Assembly: GCA_964647625.1 (NCBI GenBank)
Contig: CAZYHZ010000009.1
Span: 16,056 to 80,055 of the forward strand
Direction of reading: 5' to 3'
Origin: an uncultured Acidobacteriota bacterium
GTDB lineage: Bacteria; Acidobacteriota; Polarisedimenticolia; Polarisedimenticolales; DASRJG01
Length of the DNA stretch: 64,000 nucleotides
Positions 8,127 through 17,957 of the stretch are shown piece by piece; position 1 is the first letter of the stretch; the number at the start of each line of letters is the position of its first letter. Position numbers and translations under genes: made by a program. The notes below the pieces were generated by a model. That model was not told the origin of the DNA. It saw only the letters and a list, made by a program, of their open reading frames with translations, and ran no database searches.

Positions 8127-9536
8127 TTATGCCGATCCGGCCGCCTGGCGACGAGAATTCCGGCGCCGGGCGGTCACGCCAGCCCCCCAGCACGCTCCCG
8201 CGATCAGCAGCCCCGCGTACACCGGCTCGAGGGAGAGCCACGGCGTTTCCCTTCGCATCGCGCCGATCACCCAGGCGAGCGAGGTGGCTCCGGCGGCCGC
8301 CATCCCGATGGCCGCCCATCGGGAGTCGGGGCGCAGGGACGGAAAATACGCCCCGAGAATCGGCGCGAGCAGCACCGCGGTCCCGACGCTTCCGAACCCG
8401 TACCAGAGGTTCACCACCGACTGCGACGCGAGCGCGAAAACGGTTGCGAGCAGCGCGCCCGCGACGAGCCCGAGGCGCTCGCCCGTCAGCGTGCTCGCCG
8501 CGATGCGGCCGGCCCGCCCCACGAGGTCCCGCGAGAGCGTGATCCCGGCGTTGAACAGGAAGGAATCGACGGTCGACATCACCGTCGCGATCATCCCGGA
8601 ATAGAAGATGCCGAGAAGCCCCACCGGCAGCAGCATCTCGCCGAGCGCCGGATAGGCGTCGACGCCGCTCGACAGGCGAGGGAGCAGGGCGTGCGCGTAC
8701 ATCCCGGTGAACGTCGTCAATCCGTCGAACAGCGCGAAGAACAGGATGGACACGAGGAGCCCCGTGCGCGCGACGCGCGGCGTGCGCGCCGCGAAGCAGC
8801 GCTGGAAGAAGGTGGGCTCGACGAGCGTCTGCAGGGCGATGACGTACCACGCGATGACGTAGCCCAGGCGTTGCCCGCCGAGCGGCTCGAACATCGATGC
8901 CGGCAGCGCTGCCCGCAGCGCGGAGAGCCCGCCGGTCTTCGCGACGGCGATCGGAAGCAGGATGAGGAATCCGCCGAACATGAGAACGAATTGAAGGGTC
9001 TTCGTCTGCACGACGGCGCGAAACCCCCGAACGCCGATGTAGAGCAAGCAGAATGCGGCGCAGAGGACGACCGAGAGCGATTGCGGCAGCCCCGTCGCGC
9101 GCCGGAGGAGCACGCCGAGCATCAGCAGGTAGGGCGCGGGGAGGGACAGCGCGAGCACCGCCAGCGCGCCCAGAACCCCGGCCGTCCGCCCGTAGGTTTC
9201 GTACAGGACGTCCGGAAGCGTCGCATCGCCGCGCGTGCGTGCCTTCTCGGCATAGAGCAGGGCGAAGAGGAGCGCTCCCACGTAGTACGGGACTCCGAGC
9301 ACGAGCCAGTTCGAGATTCCGTGCACGTAGGAGTACTCGCCGACCCCGAGGACGCCGCCGTACCACGTCGCCACGAGCGTCATCACGAATGCCGGCAGCG
9401 ACAGCGCCCGGCCGGCAAGCAGGAAGTCCCACTGGGCCTCGGCGGGCCGCCGCGCCGAACGCGCGCCGAGGAACACCGTCGCGGCGAGATACGTCAGGAC
9501 GACGGCGAGATCGATCGGCCCCAGCGTTCCGGCCAT
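8127..9536 (-). CDS. Sodium:solute symporter family transporter, probably for thiamine or a precursor
   Basis: FLLAGR, many TM helices, FQRCFAA and ATVMSTVDS; lies downstream of a TPP riboswitch. Confidence 0.85.
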   Translation of the reverse strand: MAGTLGPIDLAVVLTYLAATVFLGARSARRPAEAQWDFLLAGRALSLPAFVMTLVATWYGGVLGVGEYSYVHGISNWLVLGVPYYVGALLFALLYAEKARTRGDATLPDVLYETYGRTAGVLGALAVLALSLPAPYLLMLGVLLRRATGLPQSLSVVLCAAFCLLYIGVRGFRAVVQTKTLQFVLMFGGFLILLPIAVAKTGGLSALRAALPASMFEPLGGQRLGYVIAWYVIALQTLVEPTFFQRCFAARTPRVARTGLLVSILFFALFDGLTTFTGMYAHALLPRLSSGVDAYPALGEMLLPVGLLGIFYSGMIATVMSTVDSFLFNAGITLSRDLVGRAGRIAASTLTGERLGLVAGALLATVFALASQSVVNLWYGFGSVGTAVLLAPILGAYFPSLRPDSRWAAIGMAAAGATSLAWVIGAMRRETPWLSLEPVYAGLLIAGACWGAGVTARRRNSRRQAAGSA

Positions 9537-9544
9537 CGACGACC

Positions 9545-11833
9545 CTAGAAGTTGAACCCGAGGCCGATCCAGTAGCTCCGGGTCGCGGCGGGGAAGAACT
9601 CGGAATAGAACTGGGTGTACGCCGCATCGAGCGGGTACGAATATCCGAACTGCGTGACCTTCGCGTCGAGCAGGTTGTCGATGCGGGCGCGGATCGTCAG
9701 CGAGCCTTTCGCCTTGCGCGCGTAGCCGGACAGATCGATCACCGCCTGTGCGCCGACGAGCGTGAAAGGATCGACCTTCTTGCTCACGTAATCGGCCGCT
9801 TCGCGGTTCTCCGGCGTCTTGCGCTCGTTCTGGGAGTTGTCCGTGTAGATCGTGCCCACGTGGCGGCCGTAGAGCTCGGCGCGAACGATGCCGAAGGTGC
9901 GCGCGACCGACAGCCGTGCGGTGAGATCCGGGAACAGCGCGATGCGGTTTCCCGAATAGTCGATCGCGATCGTGCCGCCGGCTCCGTCCGACGACAGGAG
10001 CGTGGCGTCATCGAGGACGTCGTGGCTGTAGGCGAGGTAGCCCGCGATGTCGACGTCCCCGGGGATCCTTCCTGCGCCCTCGAATTCGATCCCCTGGTGC
10101 CTCGAGCGCCCCGCGTTGGTCGTGAGCGGCACGCCGTCGCTGTTGAGCCCCCCCGCATACACCAGCTCGTCGCGGAACTGCATCCAGTAGAGGTTCATCT
10201 TCAGCCGCGTCGCACCCTTCCTGTAACCCGCCCCGGCCTCGACGCTGGTCAGCCGCTCGGGCTTCGCGAACGGGTCCGAGTAGTGCTGGGTCGCGGGATC
10301 GATGGTTGCGAAGGAGTCCGCCGGGTTGGCCGTCGTGTCTTCGGGATCCCAGACGTTCGCGAATGGGGGCTCGCTCTCGGTCTTCGCGACGAGCGCGTAG
10401 GTGTTCCAGCTGTCGGTGACGTTCCAATTCACGCCGAGGCGCGGCGTCACGAAGGAATAGTCGGCATTCCACGACGCGCCGCGCACCTTGTCCTCGCTCA
10501 TCGCGAACCTGTGGCGCGTGGCTTGGAGCTCGACGTCGAGCACCGCGTTCGGCGCGAAGCGCCACGCCTCGCGCGCGAACACGTTGATCGTGTCCTTCTT
10601 GTTCGTGTAGTCGTAGAGGCCGAGCGGCGCGCCGACGGGGGTCGTCGACGCGCACGTCGGATCCGACGGATCGGAGCAGATCGCTCCGCTGGTCACCGTG
10701 CCCTCGTGCTGCCCTCGATGGAACAGGAGCTCCATGCCGCCGCTCAGCTCCCCGTGAGGATGGGCCCACGCGATCCGTGGAATCCATCCGATCTGGTGGT
10801 TGTCCAGCGAGCGCTTCAGCCATGCGTCATTGATCGTCTCTTCCGGATAGGCCGGCGTCGGCGGCGCGCTCCCCAACGGATCGTACGCGTAGCTGTCCGC
10901 GTGCTGCCGGAAATAGCCGTTTCCGAGGATGGCGTAGACGGTGTTCTTGAGCGTCACGCCCGGGGCGATCCTCCGGTCGTTCATCACCTGGAGCTGAGGC
11001 TGGAAGAAGTTGTCCGTCTCGCCGGGAAGAAGCGAGTTTTGCCTCCGCAGCACGGGGTCGTTGATGTCCGGGTACGGGACGCCGTAATACGAAAGCTGCG
11101 TTTGCTCGGGGCCGCCGAACAGGAGGATCCGCCAGATCGAGTCGTCGTCGAACCGCTCGAAGGCGACCTGCGCGAACGTCTGGCGGGACCACGAGGGCTC
11201 GCGATATCCGTCGCTCTGAACGTGGGCGGCACGCGCCGCCCACGCCCAGTGGCTCGTTCCGATCGGGCCGCCGTAGCGGAGGGAGACGCGGCTCGTCCCG
11301 AACGACCCGGCGCCGAGCTCGAGCTCGCCTCCGGCGGTGGTCGAGAGCCCGGCACTCTCGAGGTTCACGACGCCCCCGACCGAGGGGGAGCCGTAGAGGG
11401 AGGTGCCGGGGCCGCGCTGGATCTGGACCAAGCCTAGGCCCGCGGCGAAGTCGCCCAGGTCGATCGTGTACACCTCGTGCGATTCGGGCGTGTTGAGCGG
11501 AACGCCGTTGACGTTGACCGCGATCCGGCTCTGCTCGAAGCCTCGGATCCGCAGATAGCTGTAGCCGTATCCGTTTCCGGCGTCGCTGTAGGAATACGCG
11601 TTCATCGTGTCCCCGAGCAGCGTCGACAGATCCTGTCCGACGTGAAGGTTTTCGATCGCCTGCGCGTCGAGGTCCGAAAACGACGCGGGGTCCTGCCTCT
11701 CCTTCGCGGCGTCGGAGGAGACGACGATCGATTCTTCAGCCCCGGTGGGGACCGGCGGCTCGTCCACGGCGAAGGCACGCAGCCCGGATCCGGCGATCAA
11801 GCCCAACACCACCCACAATCGCTTCGACGCCAT
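9545..11833 (-). CDS. TonB-dependent receptor, probably for thiamine
   Basis: Signal peptide, plug motifs (IRGF, VNGVPLN, IQRGPGTSLYG) and C-terminal aromatic end (GLGFNF). Confidence 0.9.
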   Translation of the reverse strand: MASKRLWVVLGLIAGSGLRAFAVDEPPVPTGAEESIVVSSDAAKERQDPASFSDLDAQAIENLHVGQDLSTLLGDTMNAYSYSDAGNGYGYSYLRIRGFEQSRIAVNVNGVPLNTPESHEVYTIDLGDFAAGLGLVQIQRGPGTSLYGSPSVGGVVNLESAGLSTTAGGELELGAGSFGTSRVSLRYGGPIGTSHWAWAARAAHVQSDGYREPSWSRQTFAQVAFERFDDDSIWRILLFGGPEQTQLSYYGVPYPDINDPVLRRQNSLLPGETDNFFQPQLQVMNDRRIAPGVTLKNTVYAILGNGYFRQHADSYAYDPLGSAPPTPAYPEETINDAWLKRSLDNHQIGWIPRIAWAHPHGELSGGMELLFHRGQHEGTVTSGAICSDPSDPTCASTTPVGAPLGLYDYTNKKDTINVFAREAWRFAPNAVLDVELQATRHRFAMSEDKVRGASWNADYSFVTPRLGVNWNVTDSWNTYALVAKTESEPPFANVWDPEDTTANPADSFATIDPATQHYSDPFAKPERLTSVEAGAGYRKGATRLKMNLYWMQFRDELVYAGGLNSDGVPLTTNAGRSRHQGIEFEGAGRIPGDVDIAGYLAYSHDVLDDATLLSSDGAGGTIAIDYSGNRIALFPDLTARLSVARTFGIVRAELYGRHVGTIYTDNSQNERKTPENREAADYVSKKVDPFTLVGAQAVIDLSGYARKAKGSLTIRARIDNLLDAKVTQFGYSYPLDAAYTQFYSEFFPAATRSYWIGLGFNF

Positions 11834-11904
11834 GCAACCTCCCCTCTGGGAATGCCGGCGACGGGTGGGTGGACGGATGGACGGAAGGAGCTTCGTACAT
11901 CGTC

Positions 11905-11986
11905 CCGTTTCCCTACGCTGGCATTACCCAGTTCAGGTTCCAGGGTTTGATCTCAGCCCGGCGTTTCCGCCGGACACCCCTAACGG
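11905..11986 (-). promoter_or_regulatory. TPP (thi-box) riboswitch
   Basis: Minus strand reads CCGTTAGGGGTGTCC...GGGCTGAGATCAAACCCTGGAACCTGAACTGGGTAATGCCAGCGTAGGGAAACGG, with the CTGAGA, AACCTGA and TAATGCC..CGTAGG elements and a closing P1 helix. Confidence 0.92.
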
Positions 11987-11997
11987 TGACGAGAAGC

Positions 11998-12027
11998 ACC
12001 GTACGCCAGGAGCTTGCCGCCCGTCAA
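11998..12027 (-). promoter_or_regulatory. Putative sigma70 promoter for the riboswitch operon
   Basis: TTGACG, 18 nt spacer, TACGGT, ending just 5' of the riboswitch. Confidence 0.45.
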
Positions 12028-12037
12028 GGCTCGCCGA

Positions 12038-12067
12038 TTGACCGGCGTGCGGCCGAGCGGCTATATT
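12038..12067 (+). promoter_or_regulatory. Putative sigma70 promoter for tRNA-Cys
   Basis: TTGACC, 18 nt spacer, TATATT. Confidence 0.55.
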
Positions 12068-12114
12068 CCGCCCTCCTTCGGACACGGAAGACGATCTCCA
12101 CCGAATTGGGCGAC

Positions 12115-12189
12115 GGCGGCGTAGCCAAGTGGTAAGGCAACGGTCTGCAAAACCGTCATTCACCGGTTCAAATCCGGTCGCCGCCTCCA
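12115..12189 (+). tRNA. tRNA-Cys(GCA)
   Basis: Acceptor stem GGCGGCG/CGCCGCC, anticodon arm ACGGT-CTGCAAA-ACCGT, T loop TTCAAAT, encoded CCA. Confidence 0.95.
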
Positions 12190-12226
12190 TTCTCGTCTTG
12201 CGGACCGCGGGGCGGGGCTGAATCGG

Positions 12227-13327
12227 ATGTTCGATCGGAAGTCGAAAACGACCACCGCGCCGACCCTCGTCGATCGCGTCCTGAGATCCGGAGCCCAGCG
12301 TGTCGCGATCCTGGGTCTGCACCCGCAGGCCGGAACGCGCACCGTGCTCTCCGCGCTGGTCCGCGACATCCACGCGCGCTCCGAGCCGCTCGCATTGACG
12401 TCGGCGCCGCGCGTGCCGCTCGAGGAAGAAGACGGCGCGAGCCCTCATCCCGTCACGCGGATGGTCGTTCCGGAGGGCGCCTGGCTCGCGACGTCGGCTC
12501 CGGCCGTCGAGGGGGAGGCCGCAGCCGCGCTCGATCACCTCGAGACGTACGAGTGGACGACGTCTCTCGGGCCGGTCAACAGCTACCGGGTGCGCACCGC
12601 CGGCGAGGCGGACATCCACGGGCCCGGAGAGCCGGATTCGATGCGGATCGTCCTCGCGCGGCTGCGCGAGCTGTCCTCGGGAGTCGTCCTGGTCGACGGC
12701 GGCTGGGAGCGCCGGGCGTTCGCCGCGCCGGGGGTCTCGGACGCCGTGGTCCTCGTCCTTGCCGCCGGATACTCGGCCACCCCGGAGCGCTCGGCCGCCG
12801 CGGCCCGTTACCTCGTCGAGACGCTCTCCGTGCCTCCGTGCGCCGAAGCCGCGACCGATGCTTGGGAAACGACCGCCTCGGGCGGCGCGACCGCGCTCCT
12901 GGACGCCCAGGGCCGTCAGGTCGGCGTCATGCCGCCGGGGCTGTCCGACCCGGTCCCGGCCCTCAAGACCCCCGACGGAGCGCCTGTGTCCTGCGTCGTG
13001 CTCCCGCACGGCCTCAACGACGAGTTCATGATCCCGCTGGTCCGGTCCGCCATGCGGTGCACGCTGGTCGTGCGCGACGCGACCCGCATCAACGTGGCCC
13101 CGGTCTACTACAAGGCGTGGCTCAAAGGGCGGGGGAGCATCCAGGTCGTCCGGCCGCTGCGGCTGATCGCGGTCGCCACCAATCCGTGCAACCCGGCGGG
13201 GCCCGACGCCGACGCGTCCGAGTTCCGGTCGATCGTGGCCAACGCGATTCCCGACCTGCCCGTCCACGACGTGGTCGCCGAGGCGGGCGGCGAGCGAACG
13301 AAACCCGTCTGGAAGTTCTGGGACTGA
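12227..13327 (+). CDS. Hypothetical protein resembling KamB/KamC-type lysine-fermentation accessory proteins, with a degenerate P-loop
   Basis: IAILGLHPQAGTRT, LVDGGWERRAFAAP, SDAVVL and LIAVATNP. Resemblance is from recollection only. Confidence 0.5.
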   Translation: MFDRKSKTTTAPTLVDRVLRSGAQRVAILGLHPQAGTRTVLSALVRDIHARSEPLALTSAPRVPLEEEDGASPHPVTRMVVPEGAWLATSAPAVEGEAAAALDHLETYEWTTSLGPVNSYRVRTAGEADIHGPGEPDSMRIVLARLRELSSGVVLVDGGWERRAFAAPGVSDAVVLVLAAGYSATPERSAAAARYLVETLSVPPCAEAATDAWETTASGGATALLDAQGRQVGVMPPGLSDPVPALKTPDGAPVSCVVLPHGLNDEFMIPLVRSAMRCTLVVRDATRINVAPVYYKAWLKGRGSIQVVRPLRLIAVATNPCNPAGPDADASEFRSIVANAIPDLPVHDVVAEAGGERTKPVWKFWD

Positions 13328-13561
13328 AGGCTACGCATCGTCGCATCGAGCGGCGCTCCATCGTCGGCAAATCGTAATCGGCGCGAGACGGAATCGTCAT
13401 GGACGGCGCCGCTCCGGGACACTCGCTGACGATCGACTCGGACGAAGTACCTATGCCATAGGGATTTTGCCGACGCGGAGCCGTGCCACGACGAGTTGGC
13501 ACGGGGCTCGCTCTAGGGGGTTCCGGCCGTCCCGTCGGACCGCTGCGGAGATCTCGAGCCT

Positions 13562-15574
13562 ATGCGCACGCACTCTCGCCTGCTGATTTCAATCGCAGTG
13601 GTCGCGGTTCTTCTCGGAGCTCGCTCCTCGTTCGCGGGCACGGCGTCCCTGGCGTGGGATCCCGTCCCCGATACGGACGTCGCCGGCTACCGCGTGTACT
13701 ACGGCACGTCCTCGACTTCGTATTCGCAATCCGTGGATGTCGGAAACGTAACGACGGCGACAATCTCTGGCTTGACCGACTGCACGCTGTACTACTTCGC
13801 CGTCAAGGCGTACGACACGGCGGGCAATCAGAGCACGAACTACTCGAATCAGCTCCAGGGCTGGTCGCGGCCGGTCGTGACGTCATCGACTCCCGCGGCC
13901 GCGGAGCAGGGCCGCACGCTCTCCCTGACGATCGCGGGAACGGGCTTCCCGACGGGAGCCGTCGCCGCGTTCGCGAACGCCGGCATCACGGTCAACTCCA
14001 CGACCGTCAACGCCTGCGGGCAGCTCACGGTGAACGTCACCGTCGGCAATACCGCCGCGACGGGGGCCACGAACATGGACGTCACCGGCCCCGACGGCGT
14101 CTTCGGAACGGGCACCGGCCTGTTCACCGTCCAGGCGGCCGTTCCCCCCACGATCACGACGATCACCCCGGCCGACGGCGCGACGGGCGTCTCGATCGCG
14201 GTCACCCCCAGCGTGACGTTCAGCGAGGCGATGGGGCCCGCGTCGATCACGTCGTCCACGGTCAAGCTGCTCGACAGCACGGGTGCTTCGGTGGCGCAGG
14301 CCGCGGGATCGCCGGCGCTGTCCGCGAACGGCCTGACCGCGACGATCACGCCGGCCGCCCAGCTGACGCAGGGCAAGACGTACAGGGTTCAGGTCGTCGG
14401 CGGCGCCTCGGGTGTCATGGATCTCGCCAATCACCCGCTGGCCGCGACCTCGACGCAGACGACCGGATTCGGGACGGTCGCCGACACGACCCCGCCGACG
14501 ATCACGGTGGTCGCCTCGTCGAGCATCGGCTCGACCAACGGGACGATCACCTGGACGACGAGCGAATCGGCCGACAGCCAGGTCTTCTACCGGAAGCTGG
14601 GCTCGACCGCGTACCAGCAGACCGCGATCGACGCGACGCTCGTCACGCTGCACGCGGCGACGCTGCTCGGTCTCGATCCGTCGACGACGTACGAGTACTA
14701 CGTTCGCAGCGCGGACGCGGCGGGCAACGCCGCGACCTCGTCGCCGACCAAGACGTTCGCCACGACCGCGAGCACGTATGCGTACCTGCGGTTCGAGGCC
14801 GAAGCCGGCACGCTGGTCGCGCCCGTCAAGAGCAACGGCGGGTCGACCGACGCGTTCGGAGCCGGCTACATCGACACGCCGGCCGGCACGGCGAACGGAA
14901 GCGCCACCGCTCCGGCGGGCACGGCGACGTTCGGCGTCAACATCCCGACGGCCGGAACGTGGTACCTCTGGGTCCGTATGTACGGACCGGACGTCAATTC
15001 GGACACCTGGTATGAATCGGTCAACGGTGCGACGCGCCAGCAGATCGTCCCGTCGGTCACCGGCCAGTGGCAGTGGGTCGCCGGACGCTCGTACACGCTG
15101 TCGGCCGGTCTCGCGAGCGTGGAGCTCGGCGGCCGCAACGCGCAGGCGCGCGCCGATCGTGTCCTGCTGACCAACGACCCGGCGTTCGTGCCGACCGAGC
15201 AGGCGGTGGGCGACATCACGCCGCCGGCCGCCGACACCGCCGTCACCGCGGTGGGCTCGACGAACCAGGTCACGCTGTCGTGGACGAACTCCACGAGTCC
15301 GGACTTCGCGCAGACCGTGATCCGCGTCCGCACCGACGGCAAGTTCCCGGTGAGTCCGGTGGACGGCACGGCGGTCGTGACCAAGGGCGGAACGGCCGGC
15401 GCGACGGATACCTACATCAACACCGGCCTGACCAACGGCACGACCTACTCGTACAGCGTGTTTGCGGTGGACGGAAGCGGCAACGTCTCGGTCGTCGCGA
15501 CCGCGTCCGCGACGGCGGCCGATCTGACCGCGCCGAGCAACGTGCAGAACGTACGGCGCGCCGACAAGCACTGA
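13562..15574 (+). CDS. Secreted FN3/Ig-like multidomain protein
   Basis: Signal peptide, FN3 (LAWD...GYRVYYG...YYFAVKAYD), Ig-like (P.DGATGV...VTFSEAM), further FN3-like modules and a carbohydrate-binding-like module (FEAE). Confidence 0.85.
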   Translation: MRTHSRLLISIAVVAVLLGARSSFAGTASLAWDPVPDTDVAGYRVYYGTSSTSYSQSVDVGNVTTATISGLTDCTLYYFAVKAYDTAGNQSTNYSNQLQGWSRPVVTSSTPAAAEQGRTLSLTIAGTGFPTGAVAAFANAGITVNSTTVNACGQLTVNVTVGNTAATGATNMDVTGPDGVFGTGTGLFTVQAAVPPTITTITPADGATGVSIAVTPSVTFSEAMGPASITSSTVKLLDSTGASVAQAAGSPALSANGLTATITPAAQLTQGKTYRVQVVGGASGVMDLANHPLAATSTQTTGFGTVADTTPPTITVVASSSIGSTNGTITWTTSESADSQVFYRKLGSTAYQQTAIDATLVTLHAATLLGLDPSTTYEYYVRSADAAGNAATSSPTKTFATTASTYAYLRFEAEAGTLVAPVKSNGGSTDAFGAGYIDTPAGTANGSATAPAGTATFGVNIPTAGTWYLWVRMYGPDVNSDTWYESVNGATRQQIVPSVTGQWQWVAGRSYTLSAGLASVELGGRNAQARADRVLLTNDPAFVPTEQAVGDITPPAADTAVTAVGSTNQVTLSWTNSTSPDFAQTVIRVRTDGKFPVSPVDGTAVVTKGGTAGATDTYINTGLTNGTTYSYSVFAVDGSGNVSVVATASATAADLTAPSNVQNVRRADKH

Positions 15575-15580
15575 CGACGC

Positions 15581-15652
15581 GACTCTTGACTCTTAACTCT
15601 AGACTCTCGACGCTTCCATGGGTCGAGAGTCAAGAGTCGAGAGTCGAGCGTC
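15581..15652. repeat. Inverted heptamer array (GACTCTY)n-loop-(RAGAGTC)n
   Basis: GACTCTT GACTCTT AACTCTA GACTCTC GAC ... GTC GAGAGTC AAGAGTC GAGAGTC GAGCGTC, between convergent genes. Confidence 0.85.
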
Positions 15653-17834
15653 AAGGCGCCCAGAGGCGCTCCTCGTCGAGAGTGGGATCGTGCTCGCGCA
15701 TCGCCGGAACGTAGGCGCGGATCGCATAATCGCGAACCATGCGGGCCGTGGAAAATCGCGGGGCCAGACGGGCGATCGAGCGCTTCATCTTTCCGATCCA
15801 GGCGACGGGCAGTCCCGAGGCATCCCGGTCGTAGAACGTCGGAGCCACCTCGTCGGCGAGGACCCGGTAGAGCGATTCGGCGTCCTCGGCGTCCTGCGTT
15901 CCGAAGTCGCCGTAGTCCTGCGCGCGTCCGATCGCAAACCCCAGAGCCGGGTCGTACCCCTCGGCCCACCATCCGTCGAGAACGCTCAGGTTGAGGGCGC
16001 CGTTTGCCGCGGCCTTCATGCCGGACGTTCCGCTGGCCTCGAGAGGCCGTCTCGGGGTGTTGACCCAGACGTCGACGCCCTGCACGAGGAAACGCGCGAC
16101 CCCCATGTCATAGTTTTCGATCAGCACGACGTGGCCCCACAGATCGGCGCTCATGGCAGCCTCGAAGATCCTGCGAAGCATGTCCTGGCCGGGCTTGTCC
16201 GCGGGGTGCGCCTTGCCGGCGAACACGATCTGGATCCGTCGCGACGAGTTCACGAGCGCTTTGAGGCGCGCCAGGTCGCGGAAGATGAGATCGGCGCGCT
16301 TGTACGTGGCGAAGCGCCGGGCGAACCCGAGCGTCAGCGTGTCGGGCTCGAGCAGCGCCTCGACACGGCGCAGGTCCTCGGGTGAGCGGCCGTGCCGGGC
16401 GAGCTGGCCCAGAACGCGCTCGCGCACCAGCCGGAGCAGCCGGCCCTTCTGCGCGGTGTGGGCGTCCCAGACCTCGCGCTCGGGGATCGCCAGGACGTCG
16501 TCGGCGAATCCCGGGTCGAGCAGCCGCGAGTCGTAGTCGTCGCCCAGGTGGCGCCGCAAGAGCGCGCCCATCTCGGGCCCCATCCAGGTCGGCGTGTGGA
16601 CGCCGTTCGTGATCGCTCCGATGCGCTCTTCGGCGGACCCCGGAAACAGATGCCTCCACATCCCGTCCGCGACGCGGCCGTGCAGCTTGCTGACGCCGTT
16701 GATCCGGGACGAGCCGCGGATGGCGAGCACGGTCATGTTGAAGTCGCCGTCTGCAGGCGCGCCCCGCCCGAGATCGACGTACGAAGCCCCCTTGTCCGGA
16801 AGCGCCTCGCCCCACGCGCCGACGTACGAGCGCACGAGATCGAGCGCGAATGTTTCGTTGCCCGCGGGCACGGGCGTGTGCGTCGTGAACACGGAGCTCT
16901 TGGCGGTGGCCGCCACGGCCTCGGGAAACGGGATCGATCGTGACGTCATCGCCGCGCGAATCCGCTCGAAGGAGACCAGGGCCGAATGGCCCTCGTTGAG
17001 ATGCCAGACGGACGGTGTCACGCCTGCGGCTTCGAGAGCCCGATAGCCTCCGACGCCCAGAACCATTTCCTGGCACAGGCGCATCTCGCGCCCGTGGACG
17101 TAGAGGATCGACGTGATCGGACGATCCGCGGGGTCGTTGTCCCGAACGTCCGAATCGAGCAGCAGGACGGGAACGCGCCCGACCGACGCTTTCCAGACCC
17201 GGAGCTGCACCGAGCGTCCCGGTAGGGGCACGCTCACGCGAAGCGGCTTGCCCCCGGTCCCGGCGACCGGCAAGAGCGGCAATCTTCGAACGTCGTAATC
17301 GGGGTAGAAATGCTGCTGAAGTCCGTCGCCGTCGACCGTCTGCTGGAAGTAACCTCGCCGGTACATCAGCCCGACGCCGACGAACGGAATGCCGAGATCG
17401 CTCGCCGACTTGCAGTGGTCGCCCGAGAGGATGCCCAAGCCGCCCGAGTAGATTCCCAGGCACTCGTGCCAGCCGAATTCGGTCGACAGGTAGGCGACCG
17501 GCCCGCCCGAGTAGGACGGGAAGTTCTTCTGGAACCAGCTCGCCTCCTCGCCGGCGAGGTACCGGTCGAACTCGCCGATCACGGTGTGGTAGCCGCTCAT
17601 GAAGCTCTCGTTTTGAAGGAGCGGGTCCCACAGGCGCGCGTCGGCGCCGAGCAGCAGCTCGACCGGGTTCCTGGAGCGGATCCAGCGGCCCGGATCGATC
17701 GCGCTGAACAAGAGGTGCGCGCTCGGCGACCACGTCCACCACAGGTTGTAGGCCAGCTCGTACAGACGCGAGACCTCGCGCGGGATGTCCACCGCCGCTC
17801 CGGGGAGCGTCTCGATTTTCGGGCACGCCGGCAT
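15651..17834 (-). CDS. glgP: Alpha-glucan phosphorylase
   Basis: LAYNLWW, YSGGLGILSGD, HLNEGH, FARRFATYKRA and EASGTSGMK motifs; start set at ATG 17834. Confidence 0.95.
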   Translation of the reverse strand: MPACPKIETLPGAAVDIPREVSRLYELAYNLWWTWSPSAHLLFSAIDPGRWIRSRNPVELLLGADARLWDPLLQNESFMSGYHTVIGEFDRYLAGEEASWFQKNFPSYSGGPVAYLSTEFGWHECLGIYSGGLGILSGDHCKSASDLGIPFVGVGLMYRRGYFQQTVDGDGLQQHFYPDYDVRRLPLLPVAGTGGKPLRVSVPLPGRSVQLRVWKASVGRVPVLLLDSDVRDNDPADRPITSILYVHGREMRLCQEMVLGVGGYRALEAAGVTPSVWHLNEGHSALVSFERIRAAMTSRSIPFPEAVAATAKSSVFTTHTPVPAGNETFALDLVRSYVGAWGEALPDKGASYVDLGRGAPADGDFNMTVLAIRGSSRINGVSKLHGRVADGMWRHLFPGSAEERIGAITNGVHTPTWMGPEMGALLRRHLGDDYDSRLLDPGFADDVLAIPEREVWDAHTAQKGRLLRLVRERVLGQLARHGRSPEDLRRVEALLEPDTLTLGFARRFATYKRADLIFRDLARLKALVNSSRRIQIVFAGKAHPADKPGQDMLRRIFEAAMSADLWGHVVLIENYDMGVARFLVQGVDVWVNTPRRPLEASGTSGMKAAANGALNLSVLDGWWAEGYDPALGFAIGRAQDYGDFGTQDAEDAESLYRVLADEVAPTFYDRDASGLPVAWIGKMKRSIARLAPRFSTARMVRDYAIRAYVPAMREHDPTLDEERLWAP

Positions 17835-17957
17835 CGGGCCTCCGTCCGCCGCGTGAGGCGGCTTCTCGTCACGTGAGCCGCCATAGTAAAGCGCGCGGCG
17901 CGCTCCGACCATCGCGGAGCGCGTTCGGTTTGGGGCCGGTGATAACCTCCCCGCGTC

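Noticed and set aside
12115-12189. tRNA-Cys as an island integration site
   Set aside because: No duplicate of its 3' end and no integrase seen in the window.
13360-13560. c-di-GMP riboswitch upstream of the FN3 protein
   Set aside because: GGCAAA and a hairpin (CCGTGCCA/TGGCACGG) are present, but the GAAA tetraloop stem and GCAAA-type consensus could not be aligned.
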